Shown here: one piece after another, positions 1 through 13,211 of the stretch
Numbering within the stretch: position 1 is the stretch's first letter
Layout of the letters: each line of letters opens with the position of its first letter
Assembly (NCBI GenBank): GCA_964016885.1
Contig: OZ024761.1
Coordinates: forward strand, 2,914,001-2,978,000
Source: Eledone cirrhosa
Lineage: Eukaryota
Reading direction: 5' to 3'
DNA length: 64,000 nt
Translations under genes and position numbers: made by a program
Notes under the pieces: model-generated
Database searches by the model: none
What the model saw: only the letters and a program-made list of their open reading frames with translations
What the model was told of the DNA's origin: nothing

Positions 1-32
<32 letters not shown>

Positions 33-132
33 TATACGTACATATATATATATATATACATACATACATATATATATATATACATATATATACATATATA
101 TAAACATATATATAAATATATATAGACATATA

Positions 133-178
<46 letters not shown>

Positions 179-267
179 CACACTCACTGTTTGGTTTGGA
201 TTGGTTTTCGCTTCTGTATCTTTTATATCTCCATAGTTAATTCATCTGCAAAACAAATTCACATGTG

Positions 268-355
<88 letters not shown>

Positions 356-358
356 GAA

Positions 359-395
<37 letters not shown>

Positions 396-970
396 CACAC
401 ACATATATTAATTTTCCACTGGCAGTCTGTTTCCTATAGGAATTTTGCTATTGGGAAAGAAACGGAGAAAAAAATTGGATTAAAATAAAATCGGAATAGA
501 ACGTCTGAGGGTGGACGGCTGGGGTGGACGGAGGGGTGGGTGTCTGGGGTGGACGGAGGGGTGGGTGTCTGGGGTGGACGGAGGGGGTGTTGTTGAATCA
601 GTCGGAAATGTCGGGTGGAATATATTTAAGAGAAGTTTTAAAGAGAAACAGGTGTTGAAAGTTGTGTTAGAAGAAATACAGGTAGAAATAGGGATGGAGA
701 AGGGGTGGGTCGGGAGAAGTGACGGGGTCGGGTGTCAGGTGGAGGGGGGTGTCAGGGTGAGGAGGGTGGCGGGAGAGACAGAGAAAGGAAGGAAGAACGA
801 GAGAGAAAATGAGAGGGAGTGAGGGAGAAAGCAAGAACAAGAAAGAGAAAAAGGAAGAACGAGAGAGAGAAAGCGAAAGGAAGAACGAAAGATAGAGAGA
901 GAGAGGGGGAGTGAGACAGAAAGAAGAAAGAGAGAGGAAGAGAAAGGAAGAAAGAGAGAATGAGAGAGAA

Positions 971-1039
<69 letters not shown>

Positions 1040-1221
1040 CTTTGAAAGTCTGTCAAATATGAAAGAATTGAACTATATTTGGAAAGTGTAATGAGATGTT
1101 AGAATCGGTAGAGTTTCGGAGAAAATAGCTGAGGTATTTAGTTCTGTTCCGTCCTGGGTTCAAATTCCAAAATATTTGGTGTCTTTCTGAGTTCGATTCT
1201 TCTTCTTGTTATGTCTCCTAG

Positions 1222-1490
1222 GGTGTCAGCTACAAAGCTTGGCTGGATGTGGTTCTGTCACAGCTGAACACATTGCTGTCATTGTGTCAACAAGAGTGTC
1301 AGTTATAAAGCTTGGCTAGATGTGGTTCTACCACAGCTGAACACATTGCTGTCCCTTTGTCCCCAAGAATGTCAGCTACAAAGCTTGACTAGATGTGGTT
1401 CTGCCAGAACATATTGTTGTCCTTTTGTCCACAAAAGTGTCAGCTACAAAACTTGGTTAGATGTGGTTCTGCCAGAACACATTGCTGTCC
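1222..1490. repeat. Four diverged tandem copies of a ~70-bp unit at the 3' end of the Vingi-like fragment
   Basis: gtgtcagctacaaagcttggctagatgtggttctg...aacacattgctgtc recurs at ~1222, 1296, 1369 and 1437. Confidence 0.8.
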
Positions 1491-2142
1491 TTTCTCATTA
1501 AACTCTGCAAAGTCCAATGCTGTGCAGGGGTGTTCCAGCAGGGAGACATATCAGGAAGTGCTGTGGTTCGATGACGCAGTGACACATCCTTTAAACATCC
1601 CCATTTTGCAAGATTGACTGTTGCCCGTCAACACCAGATCTTAGTCTGTTTAGACATTTCCACACTGTATAGTTTGTATCTGCTCTGAGGGGTAGTGCTT
1701 GACTTGCTTTTAGCTTGATTGCTGTTACTGATAGGGGGGTGGGGTGAGTTTTTTCTTCCCAGTGAGTGACTCTTTCACTAGTTATGCTTGATGTTCCAAG
1801 GAGCGTAACTCTCTTTAGGAAACTTTTCCTGGATTTAAGGCGTCTTTTTGCTGGTACATGGCCGAAGAGAGGATGTTGTTGATCTGTAGTCTGTTGTTGG
1901 TACTCTATCTTGCTTGCTGCACTTCATCGTATCTCTGGTGGGGCTATGCCTGCCAGCATATACAGACGCTCTCTATGTGTAGATATGAGGCAGCCCGTGA
2001 TGAGGTGGCAGCTTTCATTGAGGGCAGGATCTAGCTTCTGGACATGGACAGCTCGCTCCCATACTGGGCATGTATACACGGAAGCTGAGTAACAGAGTGT
2101 TAGTGCAGTTGATTTCAGATTCTGTGGTTTGCATCTCAGGCT
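1490..2142 (-). mobile_element. Degraded Vingi/Ingi-like non-LTR retrotransposon, C-terminal fragment
   Basis: Manual minus-strand translation LKSTALTLCYSASVYTCPVWERAVHVQKLDPALNESCHLITGCL...LAGIAPPEIR* fits the post-RT pattern (LCYS..EY..PVW...H...D..LN...ISG...PP.IRR) of I-group/Vingi elements; contains stops. Confidence 0.65.
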
Positions 2143-2159
2143 GTGTTAGAGAGCTTGCG

Positions 2160-2206
2160 TAGTAGTAGTAGTTGTAGGAGTTATAGTAGTAGCAGTAGTA
2201 GTAGTA

Positions 2207-2291
<85 letters not shown>

Positions 2292-2312
2292 AAGCAGCAC
2301 GACAGCAGCAGC

Positions 2313-2365
<53 letters not shown>

Positions 2366-2383
2366 AAGCAGCACGACAGCAGC

Positions 2384-2457
<74 letters not shown>

Positions 2458-2525
2458 CGGTGGTGGTGGTGGTGGTGGTAGTAGTAGTAGTAGTAGTTGT
2501 AGTAGTAGCAGTAGTGGTGGTAGTA
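2160..2525. repeat. (GTA)n microsatellite
   Basis: Direct inspection; it explains the poly-S/V/L/Y ORFs here. Confidence 0.95.
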
Positions 2526-2880
2526 GAGACATTTAATGACCCATTGTAATATGATGAAAGAGAAGCACTGCAGTGTTCACTCCTGTCCTATGAAATATTA
2601 ATTAATTAATTAATTAATTAGGGATGACCTTTTGTGAAGCAACAGAACATGACAGGATAAAGTATACATCTTTTCTTTCTTCTTCTTCTTGAACCTTAAC
2701 TCCCTATATCTGTTATATACATGGTCGGTCCCTTCTGTCGGTTTTCTTGGGGTCACACTCTATAACTGTTGTTTGCTCCGGACCTAATGTTTTTTAACTT
2801 TCGATCCATTGATTGCTTTGTGATTGCCTCAAATAAATCGAATAGTACTTGCTGTACAACAGCTAAAACTTTGATTTACA

Positions 2881-2953
<73 letters not shown>

Positions 2954-3074
2954 ATAAAGACAGTAAATTGTGTGTTTAAAATTACGAAGGTAGAGAGACC
3001 TCGCTGGTTTAACCTGAAGCAAACGGAAAATACAGGATGAAAAATAAAAACTACTATCCGTTTGTATATATCTG

Positions 3075-3124
<50 letters not shown>

Positions 3125-3159
3125 AGAAGAAATTAAAAGATGGTTCAAAAAGTTCCTTG

Positions 3160-3230
3160 TATTTTATTATGCGCATTTCAAAAACAAATATCATCCTGGG
3201 ACGATATTTGCGTTTTTATCAGATAAAATA
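3160..3230 (-). ncRNA. Degenerate type I hammerhead (core CUGAUAA), same family as 52539-52609
   Basis: Reverse complement: TATTTTAT CTGATAA AAAC-GCAAATATCGT..ATGATATTTGT-TTTT GAAA TGCGCA TA ATAAAATA; G8>A breaks the C3-G8 pair. Confidence 0.7.
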
Positions 3231-4307
3231 GGGAGACATGATATGATGCTTAAAAAAACACTTGTGAACAAGGTACTGTCTAATCAACATATGATAACTA
3301 AATTTAAAAGGATATAGGAGATTGGAAAAAAGGGAAGGAAGGGGAAAAAAAGGAAAGAAGAGGAAGTAAGGAGAAAAGGAAAAAAGAAGGAAAGGATAAC
3401 GGAGAAAGAGTATAATAAGGAGGAAGGAGAGAGAAAGAGACAGAGATAAACATTTAAACTGAAAAACGCTGTCTCCACTGAGAAATAACTGAAAAAACGG
3501 TTGTAAATAAATTAAAAAATTAAAAATTGATGAGGTTTATGAATGATGATGTTTATGATTACAGATATAGAAATTAAGTATACTATTTATTTAGGGTTTA
3601 TATAGTGAAGGATTTATTGAGATGTGCGAAAAAGTTTTATTAAAATGTATTATTAAGATAAAATAAAGTAAAATAAGATAAGATGAATAAAAATAAAATT
3701 AAATGATTTATAAGCTTAGAAGACGATATAGGGTCCTAGTTTGTTTAAATAGATTGTAATTGAAAAAGTATTTCTGTGAAAAAGTAATTATTTAAGCTAA
3801 GACAAGCACGGAAAGAAAGAAGAAAAAAAGAAAAGAAAAAAAACGAGGAAGAAAAAATTACGTCAAGATTTGTTTACAAAATTCACTCAATCCTAAACGG
3901 ACGTTAGTCCGTTTAGTAATATTGTTGTGGTCGTGTTTTCGTTGGCAATCGTCTGTTTACCACAGTACAGCGCGGCTCTACTTTATTTAACTGAGATAAA
4001 ACTTATATGAGCATGAACAGTAGATCATTACGCATCTTTTGGCTTAAAAATCTAGAAATTTGGTCCAGCGGGAAAAAGTTTATAATCAAAGTTTGCTGAT
4101 AAATCTTGTGTTCAAGTGAGTGAGTAGTAAGCGTGACGCTAGGGGAGGTAATCCAGAAATGACGTAGCTTTGTCATTAAGCCAGTTGCCTCAACTAGATT
4201 TCAATTATACTCAAAAGAACTTTAAAATGTCAATCACTTGTCAGTAATTCACTATGATCATTTAATTATTAGATAGTTGTTGCTTGCATTGCCTTAAAAA
4301 ATAGTAG

Positions 4308-5325
4308 ACCAGATAGAAAAATGCGTACAGCAAAAAAAAGTAATATTGTTGGAATATAAAACTTTAAAAATACAGGACAAGAAACTAAAATAAAACTTTA
4401 AAAGAATAGGACAAGAAACTAAGATAAAACTTTAAAGAATTGGACAAGAAATAAAAAATTTTACAATAATATTAGTGGCAAAATTTTTTTATTCGTTTCC
4501 TGTGCTATGCCCCAGTATCTTCTTGATTAGTGCATAATAATTGTCATGCTCTCAATGTGCGTTGCCCCTGAGCGGTTGGTTCTGGTTGGGGTTGGTTGGC
4601 TGAGCAGTTCTGCTCCGTCAGAATGACCATTGCAAGAAGAATTGGCCGATGCAGCTGCAGGTCTCCTCCAAGAATGCACTTCTGGTCCCGCAACACCAGA
4701 CAAAGATGGAGAAGACGACCGGGACAAGATGTCGACTCTGACCTCCGACTACGGAACCTCCCTCAACCACCGGTCCTCCCTCCCTCTGTCCCTCCAGTCC
4801 TCCTGCTCCCCCTTCCTGTACCAGAAAGCTGTGGCACGCATTCATCTGGACTGCCGGACTTGAACTCAAGGACAAGATGCAAGGAGAAGATGGACAGGTT
4901 GGTCAAGATCAAGGATGAGCGGGGGGACAAGACCGTCCGTTGCTGCTCAAGATCTGTGTTCATGGGCCCATGGGTCCATTCACATTATGCATGACACATG
5001 AGGCGTGTCGCCGAATGATGAAATAGGGGTATGGTTATGGCCCAATTGGTGTTCAAACCAGGATCAAATGATCCCCCGGTCTGACCACAACCTCTGAATG
5101 TGGAACCCAGAGCCTAAGAATGTGTAACTCGATTTTTTACAAATAAAAATTTTGCCACTAATATTATTGTAAAATTTTTTATTTCTTGTCGAGTTCTTTA
5201 AAGTTTTATCTTAGTTTCTTGTCCTATTCTTTTAAAGTTTTATTTTAGTTTCTTGTCCTGTATTTTTAAAGTTTTATATTCCAACAATATTACTTTTTTT
5301 TGCTGTACGCATTTTTCTATCTGGT
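4308..5325. mobile_element. Unclassified element with ~185-bp terminal inverted repeats and a GC-rich internal fragment
   Basis: 4308-4492 is nearly the exact reverse complement of 5141-5325; each arm holds ~3 sub-repeats (ataaaactttaaa..ggacaagaaa); no clear target-site duplication. Confidence 0.7.
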
Positions 5326-5606
5326 GCTAATATTAATAGATTTGAAGTAAAACATTGGGAAATATAGCGGCTTAAGAAAAAGTAAGAAGAAATGATATAA
5401 AGATGAACTATTTAAAAAAAATTTGTATCCCCAAGAAGATAAAGGAGTTTGCTATAGTGAATTAAAAAATAAAAAAGTAAAAAATTAGGGGACCAAAAAC
5501 GTCATAGTATAAATGAACTTTGTAGAATGTATTGAAATATGTGAGAAAAAAGCGGTATATGTGTAAAAAGAGATATATAAGTGTGAGAAAAAGTTTTTAA
5601 TCTTAA

Positions 5607-6266
5607 TTATGGAGTAAGATAGCTGTATACTTTGTGAAATGACCTAAGCGATTTATGGATGCAAAGCGAAAATAAATCTGTGCGTCTATTTATTATAGAG
5701 TTAAAATTAGAGATAATGGTAAATTTTTCCGCTAGACATAAATTACAAGTTCTAGATATGGAAGCGTTGGAATATGGAGAAGCATTGCAAATTTTACGCC
5801 AAGAAATTTTGTAATTAATGTTTTTGTCTTTTAAGGACCAGATGAGTTCTGAGAGTGCAGTGCTTGTTCTTTTAAGTGGGTATTTAAAAGACGAAGAATG
5901 GATATATAATCTCGCCTTAAAGGAAGTAGAGGTAGAGCTAATGTAGGTATAAGAATTGGTACTAGTTATCACCTTACATTCGTATACTAAATTTTTATCG
6001 AGACAGTAATTATTAAGAGGACATTTAGTTCTATTAGGGCAATTGCATTTACGATTAATGTTATTAACAGAGTTATTTGCATGTGGCCCAGAATTATTTA
6101 TAGAAGGAATTGTAGTGGAGAAATTAACTAAAATAGGTGCTAATGTTTCCTGATTTAGATTACTATTAGGAGCATTCAACGAAATTACGTTTGACGTCGT
6201 ATTTATATTTAAGTTATCTTGACTAGAGTTTACATTGATGTCGGCTCTTGCAGCTGCCGTCTGCAC
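5607..6266 (-). pseudogene. Penelope-like element GIY-YIG endonuclease C-terminal fragment
   Basis: CNC..CPL...CL...VY.C.V...YIS.T...FKAR...H..SF...TALS..IW.LK...I.W...Y...CNLCL.EK..I...N.R..L...C.H pattern; YIG is changed to YIS and no RT lies upstream. Confidence 0.85.
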
Positions 6267-6659
6267 TGCATTCTTTGAGAGCCTGATCGCAGTTGCATTT
6301 ACATCTTCGGTGAGACGCCTTCACTTAGACCTACTTGCATCATTAGATAATCGACCAATGAGAGTTCTTTTCTTGGGGGGGGGGGGGCATTGTTTTTAGA
6401 AAATTAACCAGGGAGAACGATAAATAGTGGACAAATAACGTTTAAGTAACCAAAAAAACATGGATATAAATTGTGAAAAAATGTGATAAATCTATGTGGT
6501 CTGAGAAAGATTTTGTCTACCAGTCAAATTTCAGGTTTTAAGTTAGGGGCAACGCAAAGTAAATACTAACCATTGAAAGGATACAGGCAAAAATGGCCGA
6601 AAAATCACAGCATGATAAACTGGAACCTTATGACCATAAACACATTAACTAAATCTCCT

Positions 6660-7135
6660 TTAATCCTTTAGTGTTCAAACCGGCCGAAATGATTTCCCCT
6701 TCATTTGTTCAAACCGCCCAAAGCCGCCGTAACACCCACACTTAAATATCGTTCTAAAAATAAACAATACCGTCATCAAAATCTCGTCAATTCGAGATTA
6801 CTGCGTGATTAGGTCCTTACCGCGAAAATTAACACTTAATATAGTGAAACAACTTAAAACAACACGTGTGTTTTTAACGTTGAAAGTAGAACAGATTTTT
6901 TGTTTGTATCAATATGGCTTATGAAAGTAGCGATACCGACTTTCAAGTTTTTACACACGACTACATTCAAAATGAACAAGAAACAAAAGATAATATTAGT
7001 GATTTATCTTCAAATGAATCATATGCTTACATTTCTGAAATTTCATCCGACGATGATTGTTGTTTTGAAAGTGAAAACGAAGATCGAACTTAAACTTCAA
7101 AAGTTATCAGGTACTAACACAGTGTTAATGTGAAC
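6660..7135 (+). mobile_element. Possible piggyBac-like DNA transposon left-end remnant
   Basis: TTAA followed by tcctttagtgttcaaaccgg, then a short acidic frame from 6914 (MAYESSDTDF...SDLSSNES...SSDDD..ESENED*) like transposase N-termini; no right end found. Confidence 0.3.
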
Positions 7136-7149
7136 TTCAATAGATAAGT

Positions 7150-7345
7150 CGAAGGGAGAGGCTTAAGGGGGCTACCTGCCCCTGGGGGCCCCCACAATCG
7201 ATGTACGGAAAAATAAAATAGCGTACGACGCGTAATAGGACTTCAGAAACCTATGTATGAAATTTGGTGCAAATCGGTTGTAAGATGTAGAAATGCATGC
7301 GGTTACACAAACAGACAGACGTCTTCTGTTTTATATATATATATA
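7150..7345 (-). mobile_element. Helitron-like non-autonomous 5'-end fragment
   Basis: aaatttggtgcaaatcggttg...acagacagac...ctgttttatatata resembles the ends of the Helitron copies at 9.8 and 51.2 kb. Confidence 0.45.
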
Positions 7346-7357
7346 TTTCTTACTCTA

Positions 7358-7393
7358 TCTTCTGATGAAGGACTAGTGTCCGAAACGTTTAGG
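7358..7393 (+). ncRNA. Minimal type I hammerhead ribozyme
   Basis: TCTT CTGATGA A GGAC tagt GTCC GAAA CG TT TAGG; ACGT palindrome in stem III; stem I imperfect; a decayed relative lies at ~39665-39700. Confidence 0.7.
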
Positions 7394-7472
7394 CGCGTTT
7401 CCTGCTATTTCAAGTGTTAAACTAATATATTTCTTCAATGTACTGTGTTGTTTGCTTTGTTATTTCCGATAC

Positions 7473-7602
<130 letters not shown>

Positions 7603-8279
7603 GTCTGTGTGTGTGTGTCTTAGTGTGTGTGTCTGTTTGTGCTTACATGTTTATAAATGAGTGGAGGATGTAACTAAACGGATATATGTGTAGTTTCAAC
7701 GATGATCCTTGGTATATTTGTTCTACATCGAGTTACATACACTCCCTGGTTCTCACCGTTACAAAATGTAGCGAACCAGAAAGCTGCACGTTGCTGGAAG
7801 CTGGCAACCAACAGCGTTAATTCTTCACACCCACTACTCCCCATTGCGATGTGAAATAAATATATTTAATAAAACAAAACAAAACATGCCAAGAAAAGGA
7901 CGAAACTGCTAACGGAGGTGAGTTTATAGAAGGAAACAAAAACGAATGCCATATGTGTTTGCTACTGAGTGGTTTGAGAAAACAGATCTTATTTTAGGAA
8001 GTATATCTAAGTTATTTATAGACTTTCAGTGAGATCGTGTACTTCAAACAAGAAACACAAAACACCAGAGGATTGTAACGATGGTGCCAACATTTTACCT
8101 TTCATGAAACGATGTAATGTGAAGTTGGAGTCAGTTGGTTGATTTGCTGGTTGGACGTGAGGAATGTAAAGTAAAGACACATGAAAAGAGATTCAGATTT
8201 GGAAAGCAAGAAGGAAAAACGAATCTCTTGAAAAAAATATTATGTAAAAACAAAAACAAAACTGAACAGATTTGTATAA

Positions 8280-8533
8280 TATCCTGGCACGGGTTTAGAA
8301 TGCCTCAGGCAAGAATCGCTGGATAGATTTTACGGGCAAAAACCCACAACTGGTGGGAGACCCGGGGATAGACCCCGATCAAGATGGTTGGATGAAATCC
8401 ATAATCTCAGCTGGTTTCGCTTGGAGGATCCAACCGGAGCAGTTGGAAACGGTTGCGTCTGACAAGAAGAAGAAGAAGAAGAAGAAGAAGAAGAAGAAGA
8501 AGAAGAAGAAGAAGAAGAAGAAGAAGAAGAAGA
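8280..8533 (+). mobile_element. RTE-clade LINE 3' fragment ending in (GAA)n
   Basis: Encodes a GRPGDRPRSRWLDEI-like motif; homologous to 14035-14372. Confidence 0.6.
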
Positions 8534-8907
8534 TTAGTTTAATACCAAACTGGATAATAGTGTAGGGTAAACTAAACTCTCCAAATATCTGTCGCTCTAC
8601 GAAGAAGAGTTGTCGAGCCCGTAGCAGTGGAAACTTCTGGTGTCCTTGGCCCTAGGACCACATCTCTACTCACTACCAGTTGGCTACCGACGAGTGTGCG
8701 CCTCACGGCTCTTCTAACGGGTTTCCCTCACTATCCTCCAGAGAAACACCCACTCTATTCTGTCCATCGGGGTCGTGTGGCGGCCAACGCGTGGGCCACC
8801 ATTTGCTTATGACAGTGAGAGATGGGGAGCGCGAGAGAGATGGAGCACGTGACTGCATAGGGAGTATAGAAGAAATATGTGGACACACACACACTCACAC
8901 ACTCACT

Positions 8908-8949
<42 letters not shown>

Positions 8950-9865
8950 CTAGCAGTGGTACCCGGCGTTGCACGGGATAAGGTATTTTGGAAGGCGGGC
9001 CACCAACAGATATAATCATGGAAAAACTGCATGCCTGGACAATATGTAAAGAAAATAAACTGAATACTCTGGTCGCTGGATAATCTTTAAGATTTTCCTC
9101 GATGAAGCAGGAAAAATGCAGGTTTTCACTTAATGCGGGCTCTAGGGGATCAAGAAAATGAATTTTTTTTATGTGCATGATATGCCTTGAAATTTCGGGA
9201 AAATGGGCTAGACGTAACGTCTCAAAAAAGCCCTAAAAAGTTGAAAAAAGTAAAGTTTTTCACCTAGGCCATAAAAAAGTTGGATTTTCTTTGCTCACAG
9301 TATGAGGAAAAGACTGACTAATACATAGTTACAATTTCAAGGAAATCGGTGACGTAACGCATCAAAAAATCCCTAAAAACCTGAAAAATCGCAGTTTTTC
9401 ACCTAATGCAGGCTCTAGGGGATGAAAAAGTTGAATTTGTTATGTGCATAACACTCCCTGAACCATAAGTAATACACATGTAAAGTTTGAAAAAAGCCGG
9501 TTGGGTATTTCTCGAGTTTTAAGGATTCAAACTCACAGACACACACACACACACACAGATAGACATCCTCAGGGAAGTGACGTAATGCAGACAGCCAGAT
9601 ATACAGACAGATATTATAAGGGTGCGGTGTTATATGTATGTATCTATCTAAAAAGTGAAAGACTAAGAATTATAGAGAGAGATCGTTAAATCGCCTAATG
9701 CGGTCCCTCGGGCATTGCAAATTTGAAATTTGTTTGCTCAGAACACTCCTTGAAACATAAGTATTACATGTGTAAATTTTGAAAACAGTCGGTTGGGTGT
9801 TTCTCGAGTTTTAGGGATTCAAACTCACACACACAGACAGACATCCTCAGTTTTATATATATAGA
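8950..9865 (-). mobile_element. Non-autonomous Helitron, composite
   Basis: Minus strand begins TC (9865-9864) and ends with the hairpin CCCG-tgcaacgc-CGGG and CTAG (8953-8950); sits between A and T with no TSD; the 5' module is internally duplicated. Confidence 0.8.
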
Positions 9866-9927
9866 TTATTGAGTAAAATGACAGGAAGCAGGACTTTTGA
9901 AATTCCTTCAAGGATTTATTACAGCAA

Positions 9928-9985
9928 ACACTATGTACATTTCAGTGACCAAGTTCCGTAAGATCCTGGTGACATCATCAGGTGT
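9928..9985 (-). ncRNA. Type I hammerhead ribozyme
   Basis: Reverse complement: ACAC CTGATGA TGT-C-ACCAGG..CTTGGT-C-ACT GAAA TG ta CA TA GTGT; the relative at 32537-32594 shows compensatory stem I (ATAC/GTAT) and stem II changes. Confidence 0.75.
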
Positions 9986-9996
9986 ATATTGCATAA

Positions 9997-10236
9997 TCTA
10001 TATAGCTAAAACAGAGATGTCTGTCTGTCTGTCTGTCTGTCTGTTTCCCTAAAACTCAAGAACCACCCAACCGATTCTATTCAAACCTTACACATGTAAT
10101 ACGTATGGTCGTGTGAGTGTTTTGAGCAAACAATATTTCAAATTATCAATGCTCTAGGGACGGCATTAGGCGCCGAACGTCGCGCTCTTATAATATCTGT
10201 CTGTATGTCTGTCTGCATTACGACATTATGACGCTA
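9997..10236 (+). mobile_element. Helitron 5' module fragment
   Basis: Starts a|TCtatatagctaaaacagag; reverse-complement homologous to 9571-9865 and 50950-51248. Confidence 0.65.
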
Positions 10237-10268
10237 TCTATGTGTGTGTGTATATATATGTAGATATA

Positions 10269-10333
<65 letters not shown>

Positions 10334-10378
10334 CAATCTGTGAACGCAGAAGTAAATATATCGAAAAACGTTACACAC

Positions 10379-10409
<31 letters not shown>

Positions 10410-10410
<1 letters not shown>

Positions 10411-10598
10411 ACGAAGGAAATGTGACTAGGAACCAGGTGGACCATAACGCACCAAAGTACTCAATACTTAGGGTAGTAGAGTGGGTAATAGGAACAAGTA
10501 AGACCCCGACGGCTGAGCTCAAGCCGTTTCGACGGCTAATTCTGGACTCAGAATTAGCCGTCGAAACGGCTTGAGCTCAGCCGTCGGGGTCTTACTTG

Positions 10599-10601
<3 letters not shown>
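10410..10601. repeat. PLE-type terminal fragment with a perfect 53-bp-arm palindrome carrying the 3' half of a hammerhead
   Basis: 10492-10544 is the exact reverse complement of 10549-10601; contains GAAA CGGC..GCCG TC GGGGTC; relatives at 23317-23360, 54614-54835 and 55265-55425. Confidence 0.85.
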
Positions 10602-10649
<48 letters not shown>

Positions 10650-10759
10650 TGTAACGTTTTTCGATATATCTACTTCTGCGTTCACAGATTGATTTTTTTT
10701 AGTTTCAGAAGATCCCATTAAGGGTGAAAGCAGCGATTCTTTGCTTAAACTTTAATCTG

Positions 10760-10821
<62 letters not shown>

Positions 10822-10958
10822 AGTATATGTTGGTTGTTTCCCGACACTCAGTATGCAGATTGGAGCACTCGACGAAGTGCGCAGGTTGGTTTGGTTACTC
10901 CGGAGTAATGTAAAATGAAATAAATAAGTCAAATATTTAAAATTTGGCTTCGTTTATT

Positions 10959-11013
10959 ACTGCTATATATATTTCGGTGACAGCCATCTTTCGCTGTGAC
11001 CTCTTCAGGCAGT
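10959..11013 (-). ncRNA. Type I hammerhead ribozyme
   Basis: Reverse complement: ACTGC CTGAAGA GGT-C-ACAGC gaaagatg GCTGT-C-ACC GAAA TATATA TA GCAGT; all stems pair. Confidence 0.85.
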
Positions 11014-12489
11014 CCGAATTGGTGTGGTAGAGACAGGTACACATGTTGTTGGTGTGGTTAACTTCGCAATACTTCGATATGCCCAATTCCTGGTTGGGTT
11101 CTTATTTCTCTGAGGAACTGGAATCATATGAATTCGAACAAACGAATTTCAGCGTCAAAGGACACCCTCTTCTCCAATTGGTCAGTTGTGAGAATATTCC
11201 TCAGTGAATATTCTAGAGAAATTCTTTCTGAGGCGAGACAATCTGTAGTGGTTGTGTTCGTTATTGTTAAGTACAGCTGACCTCCTCCCTTATGTTGGTA
11301 GTGGTGTTGGTGTTGGGGTCAGCTTAAGTCCGGCTGCTGCTATTTTTAGAAGAATTTGTGTGTGTGTGTGTGTTGGCATCTATCCTGCCACCATTTCTCG
11401 TGGTGGTGGTGTGGGGGAGGGGTGTTGTGCCAAGCAGATGAAGAAATAAGAGAAAGTAAAATGGGGAAATAAAAGGCAATAAAATGCAGCAGAGGACTAC
11501 AGTTCCCATTTTGGCATAGAGCACATATGCGTGTATGTCAACTCACATCGTTCCAAGCACACACGCACAGGCACAGGCCCAGGTGCACCCCCTAAGCAAC
11601 CCCCCCCCCCCATCACACACACACTACACACACACATACATACACACACATTATAACCCCCCCCCCACACACACACACACACATACACACACGTACACAC
11701 ACCCACACCCACATGCACACGCACACACACCCGCCCGTACACACACATGTAAGTATCTGTGCATGTACAATGTTAAATAACAGTATCCATGTATGGACAT
11801 ATGCATAAGTATGTGTTGCCACAGGAGTCGATGAAGGCAGGGGTATGGTGGGGCTGATGTCCTTATAGCTAAAGGGAAGTTCCCATCCCAATGTTTTCTT
11901 ATTGTCCATATAGCTTGAGGAAGGTCCCGGCCCTGAGGTGTCTGCACGTCCCGGAGGGGTCCCTATATATAATTATATATTCGTGTACAGATATTTTTGC
12001 ATACACAAAAACAAAATATTACAGCAGCAAAAACAACAACTAAAAAGAGAGGGAACGCAATTACATGCTTTTGAAAAATCGTAATGGAAAATTATTTGCC
12101 TAATTCACCCAAGGCGACTTCACTTTTCATTAGGATTTCTGTATCAACTGGTGAACATACGACGAAACATTGAAAGGAGTAAGACCACACCACTCTCCAA
12201 CACTGCAGTCCCACGTGCTTACTGCTCTGTAACTATTGCTTTCATTGTACCATAGAACAACAAATATATGTTCGGTTTGTCGAATGCCTCTTTACTTATC
12301 GCTATCATCTTGGCTTTCGTGGGTTGAACATTTTACTATCAGGCACCCAATTAAGTTAAACCCTGGTAATCTATGACGAATTTTTTTTATAAGCACAAAA
12401 TGTAAACACCATCCCCAGGCCGAGGTTTTCCGTAATTCTCTGTACTGTTTCAAAAAGGAAGGATAAACATGCCGATCTAGGTTTAGAAT

Positions 12490-12517
12490 CCCGAGCAACG
12501 CCAGGCCATTCTGCTAG
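12490..12517 (+). mobile_element. Helitron 3' terminus
   Basis: cccgagcaacgccagg (imperfect hairpin) ccattctg CTAG t; 5' end not located. Confidence 0.55.
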
Positions 12518-12701
12518 TAGTTATATAATAAAGGAATAATGTTAAACACAATCCAAGAGGCTAAAAAAAACAGAGAAAAATGTTTTTGACTCGAAGGCAG
12601 CCAGGGGCAGCTGTCAGTTTGGCTGACCACCTTCGAGTGGTGAAAACCCAAACTTAAATGTACATGTGTCTGTGTATATACATATATATATACATATATA
12701 T

Positions 12702-12880
<179 letters not shown>

Positions 12881-13211
12881 AGCATATACATACATATAAA
12901 GGTGTCCATTGTATAACAGACAGTTTTCACACTGTTGCAAACATTCGATTCATTCTTAGAGAAATGAGAAAGCTGATCGCTAGGCCAGTCGTTAAAACAG
13001 ACAAAGGCGATGGGCAAAGTTACCTGAGAGGACAAATAGACCAGTGGACAGTGGTCAACAGAGAGACAGTCCCCGGGTGACAGCCAGATGAAAGATAGAA
13101 AAGATAGAGAGAGAGGGCGGGGGACAAAGAGCTCTTCGTCTCGAGCAGAGATAACACTGTTTATTCATTTAAACGTTAGATTCATGTTTACAATATAAAG
13201 ATAAACTGATC

